This document shows, one piece after another, positions 48,911 to 63,151 of a stretch of DNA of 64,000 nucleotides. The notes beneath the pieces are model-generated. The model was not told the origin of the DNA, made no database searches, and saw only the letters and a program-made list of their open reading frames with translations. This DNA comes from Macrostomum lignano (lineage: Eukaryota), in contig NIVC01001053.1 of assembly GCA_002269645.1 (NCBI GenBank), positions 28,193 to 92,192 on the forward strand, given 5' to 3'. The translations under genes and the position numbers were made by a program. Positions within the stretch are counted from its first letter, which is position 1. Every line of letters starts with the position of its first letter.

Positions 48911-51900
48911 TCCAATATACTAAAAATCATCCTTTCCTTCCTATATACTTTCCTTCCAATATACTAAAAATCAAAACTATGTACCTACCTACCTACCTAC
49001 CTACCTACCTTATACCTATCTATATATCTATAGGAACCTTAGTTTAACTTGACTTTGCGTGGTCCGAATTTCGCGGGGTTTTCTGCATTCGATGCGTATT
49101 GATGGTGCGCTGGTACACAAAATTTTGCTAAGAAATCGCTTCATTTTTTAGGGATTAAATGTTCGAAAAACTCGATTTGTGCCCCGTTTTTTAAAGTTCA
49201 AACAGTTCTTTCCAATTGAGAAGCATTCTGACTGCCGATGGAATTGTATTGCATCATAACTCAGTGCCAACTATAGCATTGGTTCTCTACACTGGCGTAG
49301 AGAGCTATAAGCGTTGAAAGGTTGCGCAACACATTTTAGCTATTGAATTGAGGGGCGGGTATTGCCATTCAATGAGTCCCGGGCATTGGCTTGGTTGCGA
49401 ATTTCAATGCATCAACTGCAGGCCTCTCACTGTAGCTGGCGCTGAATGTACACCTTATGAATTTGAATGCTTTAAAGCAGGAATGCCCAACCGTTGTTTG
49501 TGCTTCGAGTTTTACACTTTCAGAAGAGAGCCTTGTATTGCTGGAAAGAGCTAGAAACGCTGAGTTCGAGCATATAATCTGTTTGCTGAGATTTGAAAAA
49601 TTAAAAGCACAGCATAAAAAAGAAATTTATATAATTTTTACTCTATATTCTCCTTGTACGCTCTCTCATATCGCAAACCCCTATTTATCGCAACTCCACA
49701 ATTCAAGCCAGCGCCATTAGATCTAAATTTAGATTGCGTAACCATATTGTTGACTTTAATTGTTGACTTTATTAATTGAAACTGATATTGACTGCCTGAG
49801 AAATTGATTACGTCGTAACTGCTTCGAGTGATTTCTACTCTATGCTGGGAGTTTTCAAAGTGTTGAAATATATAAGTGCTACAATTCATGATATCAAAAC
49901 GATGAGAGCTAGCCTAGAGGTAAACAGACTGAACTGCTAATGCAGCGACGTGGGTTCGAATTTTTAGAGTGTTGAAGTTTTTTATTAAAAAATTTAACTT
50001 CAAGAAAGCTAAAGGAACCTTAAAAATGTCAAGTAAATCAGGTAAAAGAGAAGAAGCTTCGAGCGTTCATGTAGTATAATCAAAAATTTTATTCAACTTT
50101 AAAGTTTGAAAAGGTTTAAAAAGGACTATTCCAAAAGATAAGAAATTAATTATTGTAATAGCTGACGAAATTGTTTCACAATCTTGCTGGGGGTACTTTC
50201 TATCAGGGGATGCTTGCTATCGGAAGGACGCTTGCTTTTGGGAATGCTTGCTCGGGGGAGATTGCTAACTGGGGGAATCACTGAGATGTCAAGGCTTGGT
50301 GGGGAAATTCCTGAGATGTCAAGTCTTGGGGGGGGGAATTGCTGAGATGCCAAGGCTAAAGAGGGACTTGCTGAGATGCCAAGGCTTAAGAGGGACTTGC
50401 TGAGATGCCAAGGCTTAAGAGGGACTTGCTGAGATGCCAAGGCTTGAGGGCGAATTGCTGAGATGTGAAGGCTTGGGGGAATTTCCGAGATGTCAATGCT
50501 TGGTGGGGAAATTCCTGAGATGTCAAGTCTTAGAAGGGGGAAATCTGTGAGATATCAAGTCTAAGGGGGGAATTGCTGAGATGTGAAGGCTTGGGGGAAT
50601 TTCTGAGATGTCAAAATCTTAGGGAAGGGAATTGCAGAGATTTCAAGTCCTGAGGGCGAATTGCTGAGATGTCATGTCTTTGGGGGGAATTCTATGGATT
50701 GGGGATTCTTTGAATGAGGGAGGGTGCTTCTAATATATATCTTTGGATAGTGATTCATTGGGGAATTCCTTCGTTGGGGGATTACTATTTCGATGAAGGG
50801 TTCTTTGAATGGGGGATTCTTTAGATGAAGGCTTCTTTCTATAGAGTGATCCTTTGGATATGAGATTATTTGGGGGGGGATTCTTTATGAGGGGATTCTT
50901 TGGATGGGGAGTATTTCGACGGTGGTTCTTTAGATGAGGGGATTCTTTGGCCAAGGATTCTTTTGATGGGGATTATTTGAATGGGAGATTCTTAAGAGGG
51001 GGATTCTTTGGATAGGGGTGGATGGGGGATTCTTTGGATAGGGATGGATGGGGGGTTCTTTGGATAGGGATGGATCTGGGGTTCTTTGGATAGGGATGGA
51101 TGGGGGGTTCTTTGGATGAGGGATTCTTTGAACGAAGATTCTGTGGAGGTCAAGTCTTAGGGGGGGGGGGAATTGCTGAGATGTCAACGCTTTTGACTGG
51201 GAGAAATTGCTAAGATGTCAAGATTTACTGGGGGGAATTACTGAGATATAAAGACTTACTGGGTGAATTACTGAGATTTCATTGCTTAATGGGAAATTCC
51301 TTAGATGTCAAGTCTTACAGAGGGGAATTGCTGAGATGGCAAGACTTACTTCGGAAATTACTGAGATATAAAGGCTTACTGGGGGAATTTCTGAGATGTC
51401 AAGGCGTGGGGGAAATTTCTGAGATGTCAAGACTTGAGACGGGGAGAAATTGCTAAGATGTCAAGTCTTAGGGGGGGGGAATTACTGAGATGTCAAGGCT
51501 TAAGGGTAATTTTTGAGATGTCAAGTCTTGGGGAGGGGAATTACTGAGATTTCAAGGCTTGGTAAGAATGATTCATTGGGAACTTCTTTCGATGGGGGAT
51601 TCTTTCGATGAAGGGTTCTTCCGATAAAGGGATCTTTTGGATTGGATTGGATTGGATTTGGATTGTTTGGACGGAGATTATTTGCATGAGGGGATTCTTT
51701 AGATGGGGGTTATTTGGATGGGTGTTCTGTAGATGAGGGGATTCTTTGGCCAAGGATTCTATTTGGATGGGAGATTCTTTGGATTCTTTGGATGGGGGGT
51801 TCTTTGGATTCTTTGGATGGGGTTTCTGTTAATGGGGATTATTTGGATGTGGATTCTTTAGAGGGGGGTTTTCTGGAGGGGGATTCTTTGGATTCTTTGG

Positions 51901-52820
51901 ATTGGGATTATTTGGACGGGGGTTCTTTAGATGAGGGGATTATTTTGTCAATGATTTTTTAGATAAGGGATAATTTGGATTTGAGAATCTTTGGATTATT
52001 TAGATGGGGATTTTGTGGATGGGGATTATTTGGATGTCGATTATTTAGATGGGGATTCTTTGGATATGGATGGATTGGGGGATTCTTTAGATAGGAATGG
52101 ATGCCGGGTTTTTCTGGATAGGGATGGATAGGAGGATTCTTTAGATAGGGATGGATGGGGGATTCTTTAGATAGGGATGGATTTGGGATTCTTTGGATAT
52201 GGATGGATGAGGGATTCATTGGATAGGGATGGATTTGGGATTCTTTGGATATGGATGGATGAGGATTTTTTGGATAGGGATGGATGGGGATTCTTTGGAT
52301 ATGGATGGATTTGGGATTCTTTGGATATGGATGGATGGGGGATTCTTTGGATAGGGATGGATTTGAGATTCTTTGGATGGGGATTCTGTGTATGGGGGAT
52401 TCCTTGGATAGGAAATTCATTGGATGGGGATTCTTCGAATCAGGATTCTATCAATGGGGGTTCTTTGAATGGAGGATTCTTTGGATATAGGATTCTTTGC
52501 ATGTGAGATTCTATGGATGGGCGATTCATTGGATGGGGAATTCTTCAGATAGGAGGATTCCTTTAGTGGGGAATTGTGTGGATTGTGTGGAGTGGGGAAT
52601 TGAGTGGATTCTATCGATGGAGATTCTTTAGATGGCTGATTCTTTGGATAGGGAATTCTTTGCATGTGAGATTCTTTGCATCAGAGATTTTATAGATGGG
52701 GGATTTTTTTGGATGAGGGATTCTTTGGATGTGGGATTCAGTGGGGTGAAATTTTATTGCGTGGGAAAACTGTGATTGGAGTTTGGACGGAAATCCCCAA
52801 CGGGGGTTGGAATTGGCTAG
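48911..52820 (+). mobile_element. Helitron-like unit 1 of tandem cluster (diverged subfamily)
   Basis: Stuttered 5' ends TCCAATATACTAAAAATC (48911, 48955) and a (CTAC)n microsatellite. It has a tRNA-like segment at 49904, plus ~28-bp CTGAGATGTCAAGG and GGATTCTTTGGAT satellites. It ends AATCCCCAACGGGGGTT hairpin then CTAG (52817-52820). Confidence 0.75.
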
Positions 52821-53419
52821 TCCTATATACTAAAAATGAGTTGTCTGTGGGTAGGTAGGTATGCGATAGATTTCAGAAAAAATGGCTCAACCGATTTTCT
52901 TCAAACTTGCACCATTCGATCAGAAATTTTCCTGGGACGGTACATGCATCTTGGCTAAGAAATTTCTCAATTCTAAAGGGATTAAATATTCGAAAAACAT
53001 GTTTTTTTGCAAAGGTCAAGCCAAATTTTTGACTTGAAATGCATTGTAAGAATGCTAGAGAAAAAACTGACTGACTGAATTTCAATTGTGATAAAGATTG
53101 CATCACAACAAGTTGAAAACAGTGCCGAAGAAATGCACACAAGACTTGATTTAAATTGCGTAACCGTATTGCTAACTTAAATTGGGACTGATACTGGCTG
53201 ACTGAGAAATGGATTATGTCATACCTTTTTACTCTAACCGACTTGCTATAAGAATTGAGTTATAAGGGCCCCAATTTCCAAATGAAAAAAGATAGCTCTG
53301 TTGCGAACAGACTGGAATGCTAATGTAGCGACCTGGGTTCGAATCTTAGTAGTGCAAAAAAGATTTTTTTTATTAAAACACCTTAAAAACACGAAACTGC
53401 TAAACATAAAAGAAGCACA

Positions 53420-56005
53420 ATGTCAAACATAGAAGAGCCACCATGTCGAACATTAAAGAGCCAACATGTCAAACATAAAAGAGCCACCATGTCAAACCTA
53501 AACGAGCCACCATGTCTAATATTTAAGAGGCACCATGTAAAACATATAAGTGACTTTATGTCAACATAAAAGAGCCACCATTTCGAACATTAAACAGCCA
53601 CCATTTCGAACATTAAAGAGCCACCATGTCGAACATTAAAGAGCCACCATGTCGACCATAAAAGAGCCACTATTTCGAACATCAAAGAGCCACTATGTCA
53701 AACATAAAAGAGCCAACATGTCAAACATAAAAGAGCCAACATGTCAAACATAAAGAGCCACCATGTCAAACATTTAGGAGCCACCATGTCAAACATAAAT
53801 GTGACTTTGTGTCAAACATTAAAGAGCCACCATTTCGAACATTAAAGAGCCACTATTTCGAACATTAAAGAGCCACCATGTCGAACATAACAGAGCTACC
53901 ATGTCAAACATTCAAAAGCCACATTGTCAAACATTAAAGAGCCATTATGTCGTACATTAAAGAGCCACCATTTCGAACATTAAAGAGCCACCATGTCGAA
54001 CATTAAAGAGCCAACATGTCAAACCTAAACGAGCCACCATGTCTAATATTTAAGAGGCACCATGTAAAACATATAAGTGACTTTATGTCAAACATAAAAG
54101 AGCCACCATTTCGAACATTAAACAGCCACCATTTCGAACATTAAAGAGCCACCATTTCGAACATAAAAGAGCCACTATTTCGAACATTAAAGAGCCACCA
54201 TTTCGAACGTTAAAGAGCCACCATGTCGACCATAAAAGAGCCACTATTTCGAACATCAAAGAGCCACTATGTCAAACATAAAAGAGCCAACATGTCAAAC
54301 ATAAAGAGCCACCATGTCAAACATTTAGGAGCCACCATGTCAAACATAAATGTGACTTTGTGTCGAACATTAAAGAGCCACCATTTCGAACATTAAAGAG
54401 CCACTATTTCGAACATTAAAGAGCCACCATGTCAAACATGAAAGAGCTATAACATGAAGAATATTAAAGAGCCACCATGTCGAACATAACAGAGCTACCA
54501 TGTCAAACATTAAAGAGCCAACATGTCAAACATTCAAAAGCCACATTGTCAAACATTAAAGAGTCATTATGTCGTACATTAAAGAGCCACTATTTTGAAC
54601 ATTAAAAAGCCACCATTTCGAACATTAAAGAGCCACCATGTCGAACATAAAAGAGCCACCATGTCAATCATTAAAGAGCCACCATGTCAAACATAAAAGA
54701 GCCACCATTTTGAACATTAAAGAGCCACTATGTCAAACATAAAAGAGCCAACATGTCAGACATTAAAAAAGCCACCGTATCAGATATAAAAGAGTTACCA
54801 TGTAGAACAAAAAAGAGCCACTATTTCGAACAAAAAAGAGCCACCATGTCAAACATGAAAGAGCCACCATGTCAAACACAAAAGAGCCAACATGTCAAAC
54901 ATAAAGAGCCACCATATCAAACATTTAAGAGCCACCCTGTCGAATATCAAAGAGCCACCATGTCGAACATTAAAAGTCACCATGTTAAACATTAAAGAGC
55001 CACCATATCAAGCATAAAAGAGCCACCATGTCAAACCAAAAAGAGCCACCATGTCGAAAATTTAAGAGCCAAAATGTAGAATATAAAAGAGCCACCATGT
55101 CAAACCTAAAAGAGCCACCATGTCGAACACTTAAGAGCCACAATGTAAAATATTAAAGAGCCACCATTTCGAACATATAAGTGACTTTATGTCAAACATT
55201 AAAGAGCCACCATGTAAAACAAAAGAGCCACCATGTTAAACATAAAAGAGCCACCATGTAGAATATTAAAGAGCCACTATGTTGAACATTAAAGAGCCAT
55301 CATACTGAACATTAAACAGCCACCATGTCAAACCTAAAAGAGCTACCATGTCAACATAAAAGAGCTACCATGTCAAACATTAAACAGCCATCATGTCAAA
55401 CCTAAAAGATCCACCATTTCGAACACTTAAGAGCCACAATGTAGAATATTAAAGAGCCACCATGTCAAACAAAAGAGCCACCATTTCTAACATTAAAGAG
55501 CCACCATGTCAAACATTTAAGAGCCACCATGTCGAACATAAAAGAGCTATACCATGAAGAACATTAAAGAGCCACTTTGTCGATCATTAAAGAGCCACTA
55601 TGTCAAACAATAAAGAGCCACCATGTCAAACATTTAAGAGCCACCATGTCAATTATATATGTGTCTTTATGTCATACATTAAAGAGCCACCATTTCGAAC
55701 ATTAAGGAGCCACCATGTCAAACATTTAAAAGCCACCTTGTCAAACATTAAATATCCACTTTGTCGAACATTAAAGGGCCACTGTGTCAAACATAAAAGA
55801 GCCACCAGGTTAAACATTAAAGAGCCACCATGTCAAACAATAAAGAGCCACCATGTCAAACATAAAAGAGCCACCATGTCAAACATAAAAGAGCCACCAT
55901 GTCAGACATTAAAAAGCCATCGTTTCAAACATAAAAGAGTTGCCATGTAGAACATAAAAGAGTTGCCATGTAGAACATAAAAGAGCCACCATGTCAAACA
56001 TAAAA
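53420..56005. repeat. 23-bp satellite GAGCCACCATGTCRAACATTAAA
   Basis: Degenerate tandem array with local higher-order duplications. Confidence 0.95.
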
Positions 56006-56097
56006 TTTACACAATTTCAAACGTAAAAGTAAGCGAATATTAAAGGAGCCACTATAATGCTAAGGAAATTGTCGCACTAGCTACTTATTGTCTGGTG

Positions 56098-56937
56098 GAT
56101 GCTTGCTATTTGGGGATGCTATCTATGTAGGGGATGCTTGCTATCTGGGGGATGCTTGCTATCTGGGGGATGCTTGCTATCTGGGGGATGCTTGCTATCT
56201 GGGGGATGCTTGCTATCTGAGGGATGCTTGCTATCTGGGGGATGCTTGCTATCTGGGGGATGCTTGCTATCTTGGGGATACTTGCTATCTGGGGGATGCT
56301 TGCTATCTGGGGGATGCTTGCTATCTGGGGGATGCTTGTTATCTGGGGGATGCTTGCTATCTGGGGGATGCTTGCTATCTGGGGGATGCTTGCTATCTGG
56401 GGGATGCTTGCTATCTGAGGGATGCTTGCTATCTGGGGGATGCTTGCTATCTGGGGGATGGTTGCTATCTAGGGGATGCTTGCTATCTGGGGGATGCTTG
56501 CTATCTGGGGGATGCTTGTTATCTGGGGGATGCTTGCAATCTGGGGGATGCTTGCTATCTGGGGGATGCTTGCTATCTTGGGGATGCTTGCTATCTGGGG
56601 GATGCTTGCTATCTGAGGGATGCTTGCTATCTGAGGGATGCTTGCTATCTGGGGGATGCTTGCTATCCGGGGGTTGCTTGCAATCTGGAGGATGCTTGCT
56701 ATCTGGGGGATGCTTGCTATCTGGGGGATGCTTGCTATCTTGGGGATGCTTGCTATCTGGGGGATGCTTGCTATCTGAGGGATGCTTGCTATCTGGGGGA
56801 TGCTTGCTATCTGGGGGATGGTTGCTATCTAGGGGATGCTTGCAATCTGGGGGATGCTTGCTATCTGGGGGATGCTTGCTATCCGGGGGTTGCTTGCAAT
56901 CTGGAGGATGCTTGCTATCTGGGGGATGCTTGCTGTC
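56098..56937. repeat. 18-bp satellite GGGGATGCTTGCTATCTG
   Basis: About 46 units. Source of the GDACYL-repeat ORFs. Confidence 0.97.
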
Positions 56938-57710
56938 TTGGAATGATTTCTTTTTGCATTGCACTTCCTTTGAGTATTTTGTCTGTTTTCTTTGCGAAGG
57001 CTTTTTTGGCTATCTTTTTGTTACTTGTAGAGAACAGAGGTTCTATACAGATGTCCCCCAACGGGGGGCGAAGATTGCTAGTCCTATATACTAAAAATGT
57101 GATCTCTATATATATATATATATGTGATAGATTAGAGAAAAAATGGCTGGACCGATTTTGTTCGAACTTGCACTGTTCGATCAGAAATTTTCCCGTGACG
57201 GTACATGCATCGTGGATAAGAAATTGCTCAATGCTAAAGGCATTAAATATTCGAAAAACATGCTTTTTTGCAAAGGTCAAGCAAACTTTTCGACTTGAAA
57301 TGCATTGTAAGAATGCTAGAGAAAAAACTGACTGGTTGAATTTTAATTCTGAAATAGATTGCATCATAACTGAATTGTAACTCCGACTTGAATTGAAAAT
57401 GCAGTGTGGAAGCGTAGCACCAGACTTGATTTAAATTGCGTAACCATATTGTTAACTGATACTGACTGACTGAGAAACTGATTATGTCATAACTGCTTCG
57501 TGTGATTTACTCTATGCTTGGATTTAAAAGTGTTGAGTTATATAAGTGCAAAAGTTGATGTTATCAAAACGATGAGAGCTAGCCTAAAGGTGAACAAACT
57601 GAACTGCTAAATGCAGTGACGATGGTTTGAATTTTCGATGGTTTGAATTTGAGTATAATTTTTTTAATTAAAGCTTTTCAACGTCAGGAAAACTAAAAGA
57701 CTTTTTAAAA

Positions 57711-60700
57711 AGAAGCGTCATATAAAAATCGTAGAAGCGTCATGTAAACAATCATAAAAGCGTCATGTAAAAAATCGTAGAAGCGTCATGTAAAAAATCT
57801 TAGAAGCGTCATGTAAACAATCATAGAAGCGTCATGTAAACAATCATAGAAGCGTCATGTAAAAAATCGTAGAAGCGTCATGTAAAAAATCTTAGAAGCG
57901 TCATGTAAACAATCATAGAAGCGTCATGTAAACAATCTTAGAAGCGTCATGTAAACAATCATAGAAGCGTCATGTTAACAATCATAGAAGCGTCATGTAA
58001 ACAATCATAGAAGCGTCATGTAAACAATCATAGAAGCGTCATATAAAAATCGTAGAAGCGTCATGTAAACAATCATAGAAGCGTCATGTAAAAAATCATA
58101 GAAGCGTCATGTAAAAAATCATAGAAGCGTCATATAAAAATCGTAGAAGCGTCATGTAAACAATCATAAAAGCGTCATGTAAAAAATCGTAGAAGCGTCA
58201 TGTAAAAAATCTTAGAAGCGTCATGTAAACAATCATAGAAGCGTCATGTAAACAATCATAGAAGCGTCATGTAAACAATCATAGAAGCGCCATGTAAAAA
58301 ATCATAGAAGCGTCATGTAAACAATCATAGAAGCGTCATGTAAAAAATCATAGAAGCGTCATGTAAAAAATCATAGAAGCGTCATATAAAAATCGTAGAA
58401 GCGTCATGTAAACAATCATAAAAGCGTCATGTAAAAAATCGTAGAAGCGTCATGTAAAAAATCTTAGAAGCGTACTGTAAACAATCATAGAAGCGTCATG
58501 AAAACAATCATAGAAGCGTCATGTAAAAAATCGTAGAAGCGTCATGTAAAAAATCTTAGAAGCGTCATGTAAACAATCATAGAAGCGTCATGTAAACAAT
58601 CATAGAAGCGTCATGTAAACAATCATAGAAGCGTCATGTAAAAATCATAGAAGCGTACTGTAAACAATCATAGAAGCGTCATGTAAAAAATCATAGAAGC
58701 GTACTGTAAACAATCATAGAAGCGTCATGTAAACAATCATAGAAGCGTCATGTAAACAATCATAGAAGCGCCATGTAAAAAATCATAGAAGCGTCATGTA
58801 AACAATCATAGAAGCGTCATGTAAACAATCATAGAAGCGTCATTTAAAAATCATAGAAGCGTCATGTAAAAAATCATAGAAGCGTCATGTAAACAATCAT
58901 AGAAGCGTCATGTAAAAAATCATAGAAGCGTACTGTAAACAATCATAGAAGCGTCATGTAAACAATCATAGAAGCGTCATGTAAACAATCATAGAAACGT
59001 CATATAAAAATCATAGAAGCGTCATGTAAACAATCATAGAAGCGTACTGTAAACAATCTTAGAAGCGTCATATAAAAATCGTAGAAGCGTCATGTAAACA
59101 ATCATAGAAGCGTCATTTAAAAAATCATAGAAGCGTCATGTAAACAATCATAGAAGCGTCATGTAAACAATCATAGAAGCGTCATGTAAACAATCATAGA
59201 AGCGTCATGTAAAAATCATAGAAGCGTCATGTAAAAAATCATAGAAGCGTCATATAAAAATCATAGAAGCGTCATGTAAAAAATCATAGAAGCGTCATGT
59301 AAAAATCATAGAAGCGTCATGTAAACAATCATAGAAGCGTCATGTAAACAATCATAGAAGCGTCATGTAAAAATCATAGAAGCGTCATGTAAACAATCAT
59401 AGAAGCGTCATGTAAAAATCATAGAAGCGTCATGTAAAAAATCATAGAAGCGTCATATAAAAATCATAGAAGCGTCATGTAAACAATCATAAAGCGTCAT
59501 GTAAAAAATCATAGAAGCGTCATGTAAAAAATCTTAGAAGCGTCATGTAAAAATCATAGAAGCGTCATGCAAACAATCATAGAAGCGTCATGTAAAAAAT
59601 CATAGAAGCGTCATGTAAAAATCATAGAAGCGTCATGTAAAAATCATAGAAGCGTCATGTAAACAATCATAGAAGCGTCATGTAAACAATCATAGAAGCG
59701 TCATGTAAAAAATCATAGAAGCGTCATGTAACAATCATAGAAGCGTCATGTAAAAAATCATAGAAGCGTCATGTAAACAATCATAGAAGCGTCATGTAAA
59801 CAATCATAGAAGCGTCATGTAAACAATCATAGAAGCGTCATGTAAAAAATCATAGAAGCGTCATGTAAACAATCATAGAAGCGTCATGTAAACAATCATA
59901 GAAGCGTCATGTAAAAATCATAGAAGCGTCATGTAAAAATCATAGAAGCGTCATGTAAACAATCATAGAAGCGTCATGTAAAAATCATAGAAGCGTCATG
60001 TAAAAATCATAGAAGCGTCATGTAAACAATCATAGAAGCGTCATGTAAACAATCATAGAAGCGTCATATAAAAATCATAGAAGCGTCATGTAAAAATCAT
60101 AGAAGCGTCATGTAAACAATCATAGAAGCGTCATATAAAAATCATAGAAGCGTCATGTAAACAATCATAGAAGCGTCATTAAAAATCATAGAAGCGTCAT
60201 GTAAACAATCATAGAAGCGTCATGTAAACAATCATAGAAGCGTCATGTAAACAATCATAGAAGCGTCATGTAAAAATCATAGAAGCGTCATGTAAAAATC
60301 ATAGAAGCGTCATATAAAAATCATAGAAGCGTCATGTAAACAATCATAGAAGCGTCATGTAAAAAATCATAGAAGCGTCATGTAAAAAATCATAGAAGCG
60401 TCATGTAAACAATCATAGAAGCGTCATGTAAACAATCATAGAAGCGTCATGTAAACAATCATAGAAGCGTCATGTAAAAAATCGTAGAGCGTCATGTAAA
60501 CAATCATAGAAGCGTCATGTAAACAATCATAGAAGCGTCATGTAAACAATCATAGAAGCGTCATGTAAAAATCATAGAAGCGTCATGTAAACAATCATAG
60601 AAGCGTCATGTAAAAATCGTAGAAGCGTCATGTAAACAATCATAGAAGCGTCATGTAAAAAATCATAGAAGCGTCATGTAAAAAATCTTAGAAGCGTCAT

Positions 60701-62190
60701 GTAAACAATCATAGAAGCGTCATGAAAACAATCATAGAAGCGTCATGTAAAAAATCATAGAAGCGTCATGTAAAAAATCTTAGAAGCGTCATGTAAACAA
60801 TCATAGAAGCGTCATGTAAACAATCATAGAAGCGTCATGTAAACAATCATAGAAGCGTCATGTAAAAAATCATAGAAGCGTCATGTAAAATCATAGAAGC
60901 GTCATGTAAAAAATCATAGAAGCGTCATGTAAACAATCATAGAAGCGTCATGTAAACAATCATAGAAGCGTCATGTAAAAAATCATAGAAGCGTCATGTA
61001 AACAATCATAGAAGCGTCATGTAAACAATCATAGAAGCGTCATGTAAAAAATCATAGAAGCGTCATGTAAACAATCATAGAAGCGTCATGTAAACAATCA
61101 TAGAAGCGTCATTAAAAATCATAGAAGCGTCATGTAAAAATCATAGAAGCGTCATGTAAACAATCATAGAAGCGTCATGTAAAAAATCATAGAAGCGTCA
61201 TGTAAACAATCATAGAAGCGTCATGTAAACAATCATAGAAGCGTCATGTAAACAATCATAGAAGCGTCATGTAAAAATCATAGAAGCGTCATGTAAACAA
61301 TCATAGAAGCGTCATGTAAACAATCATAGAAGCGTCATATAAAAATCATAGAAGCGTCATGTAAACAATCATAGAAGCGTCATTTAAAAAATCATAGAAG
61401 CGTCATGTAAACAATCATAGAAGCGTCATGTAAACAATCATAGAAGCGTCATGTAAACAATCATAGAAGCGTCATGTAAAAAATCATAGAAGCGTCATGT
61501 AAAAATCATAGAAGCGTCATATAAAAATCATAGAAGCGTCATGTAAACAATCATAAAGCGTCATGTAAAAATCATAGAAGCGTCATGTAAAAAATCATAG
61601 AAGCGTCATGTAAACAATCATAGAAGCGTCATGTAAACAATCATAGAAGCGTCATGTAAAAAATCGTAGAAGCGTCATGTAAAAAATCATAGAAGCGTCA
61701 TGTAAACAATCATAGAAGCGTCATGTAAACAATCATAGAAGCGTCATGCAAACAATCATAGAAGCGTCATGTAAAAAATCATAGAAGCGTCATGTAAAAA
61801 TCATAGAAGCGTCATGTAAACAATCATAGAAGCGTCATGTAAACAATCATAGAAGCGTCATGTAAAAAATCATAGAAGCGTCATGTAAACAATCATAGAA
61901 GCGTCATAAAAAATCATAGAAGCGTCATGTAAACAATCATAGAAGCGTCATGTAAAAAATCATAGAAGCGTCATGTAAAAAATCATAGAAGCGTCATGTA
62001 AACAATCATAGAAGCGTCTGTAAAAATCATAGAAGCGTCATGTAAACAATCATAGAAGCGTCATGTAAACATCATAGAACGTCATATAAAAATCATAGAA
62101 GCGTCATGTAAAAAATCATAGAAGCGTCATGTAAAAAATCATAGAAGCGTCATGTAAAAATCATAGAAGCGTCAAAAAATCATAGAAGCC
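57711..62190. repeat. 4.5-kb highly homogeneous 23-bp satellite AGAAGCGTCATGTAAAMAATCAT
   Basis: About 195 units (length/23). Confidence 0.98.
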
Positions 62191-63091
62191 CTATTTAAAA
62201 ACTAAGGAAGTGTCATTTAAAAAATTAAGAAGCGTCACGGTAGAATAAAAGAAACGTCATGTCAGACATGAAGGGTTCATGTAAAAATTAAATGCAACTA
62301 TAATGCTGTGCTGGGGAGAAAAACTGAGACGTCAAGGCTCTCAGAGAATAACTGAGATTACGGGGGGGGTTTCTGAGATGTCAAAGCAAAAGTCAGAAGC
62401 TACTTCAAAGTTCATGTACTTTACTCATTTTTTTATTGCATTCTTTGTTGGCTCGTCACGGGGGGGGGCGCTGATAGAAGAAAAGTCATGTAAAAAATAA
62501 AAGTAGCACTATGTATACATAAAAGAAAAGTCATGTCGAAGTTAAAAGATTCATTTGGGAATTGCTACGATGTCAAAGCTTGGTGGAAATCGTTATAGTG
62601 CTGTGATTCTTAAAGAAAGAATCACTAAAATGTTAAGGCTTAGGGGAGAAGAATTGCTGAGATTTCAACGCTTTAGGTTGGGTTAAAGTTAGGTTTAGGT
62701 CAGGTGTGGGTTGAGGGTTATATTTTATCGGGTTTCAAGGTTAACAGGGGATTTTTTAGATTTCAAGGTTTATGGGGGCCATGCTGACATGTCAAGGCTT
62801 ACGGGGGGAATAGCTGAGATGTCAAGGCTCACGGGGGTATAAATGAGATTTCAAGGCTAAAGTCAGAAGCTACATGTAGTTTATTGAAAACTTTTTATTA
62901 CATTATTTGATGCCTCCTCAGGGGAGGGATCGCTGATAAAAAAGCGTAATGTAAAAAATAAAAGAAGCTTCATGTCGAAGTTAAGAGATTCATTTGGGAA
63001 TCCCTACGATGTTGAGGCTTGCAAGGAATCGCAATAATGCTGTAGTAGTGCTATAATGACTCTTAGGGAGAATTACTGAAATTTCAATGCT

Positions 63092-63151
63092 TTAGGTTAG
63101 GTTAGGGTTAGGGTTAGGGTTAGGGTTAGGTTAGGCTAGGGTTAGGGTTAG
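63092..63151 (+). repeat. Interstitial telomeric (TTAGGG)n tract
   Basis: TTAGGTTAGGTTAGGGTTAGGGTTAGGGTTAGGGTTAGG... Confidence 0.85.

Larger units (their letters stand above)
52821..57081 (+). mobile_element. Helitron-like unit 2
   Basis: TCCTATATACTAAAAATG at 52821. Ends GTCCCCCAACGGGGGGC hairpin then CTAG (57078-57081). Colinear with 17158-20022. Confidence 0.88.

Noticed and set aside
50150-55950. KNPP/SKES-rich and MSNIKEPP-type ORFs
   Set aside because: Derived from Helitron-internal satellites. The periodicity equals the DNA repeat unit.
56088-57380. 430-aa GDACYL-repeat ORF and overlapping 331-aa and 281-aa ORFs (also 17058-17805)
   Set aside because: These are translations of an 18-bp satellite that lacks stops in several frames on both strands. 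There is no coding signature or splice context.
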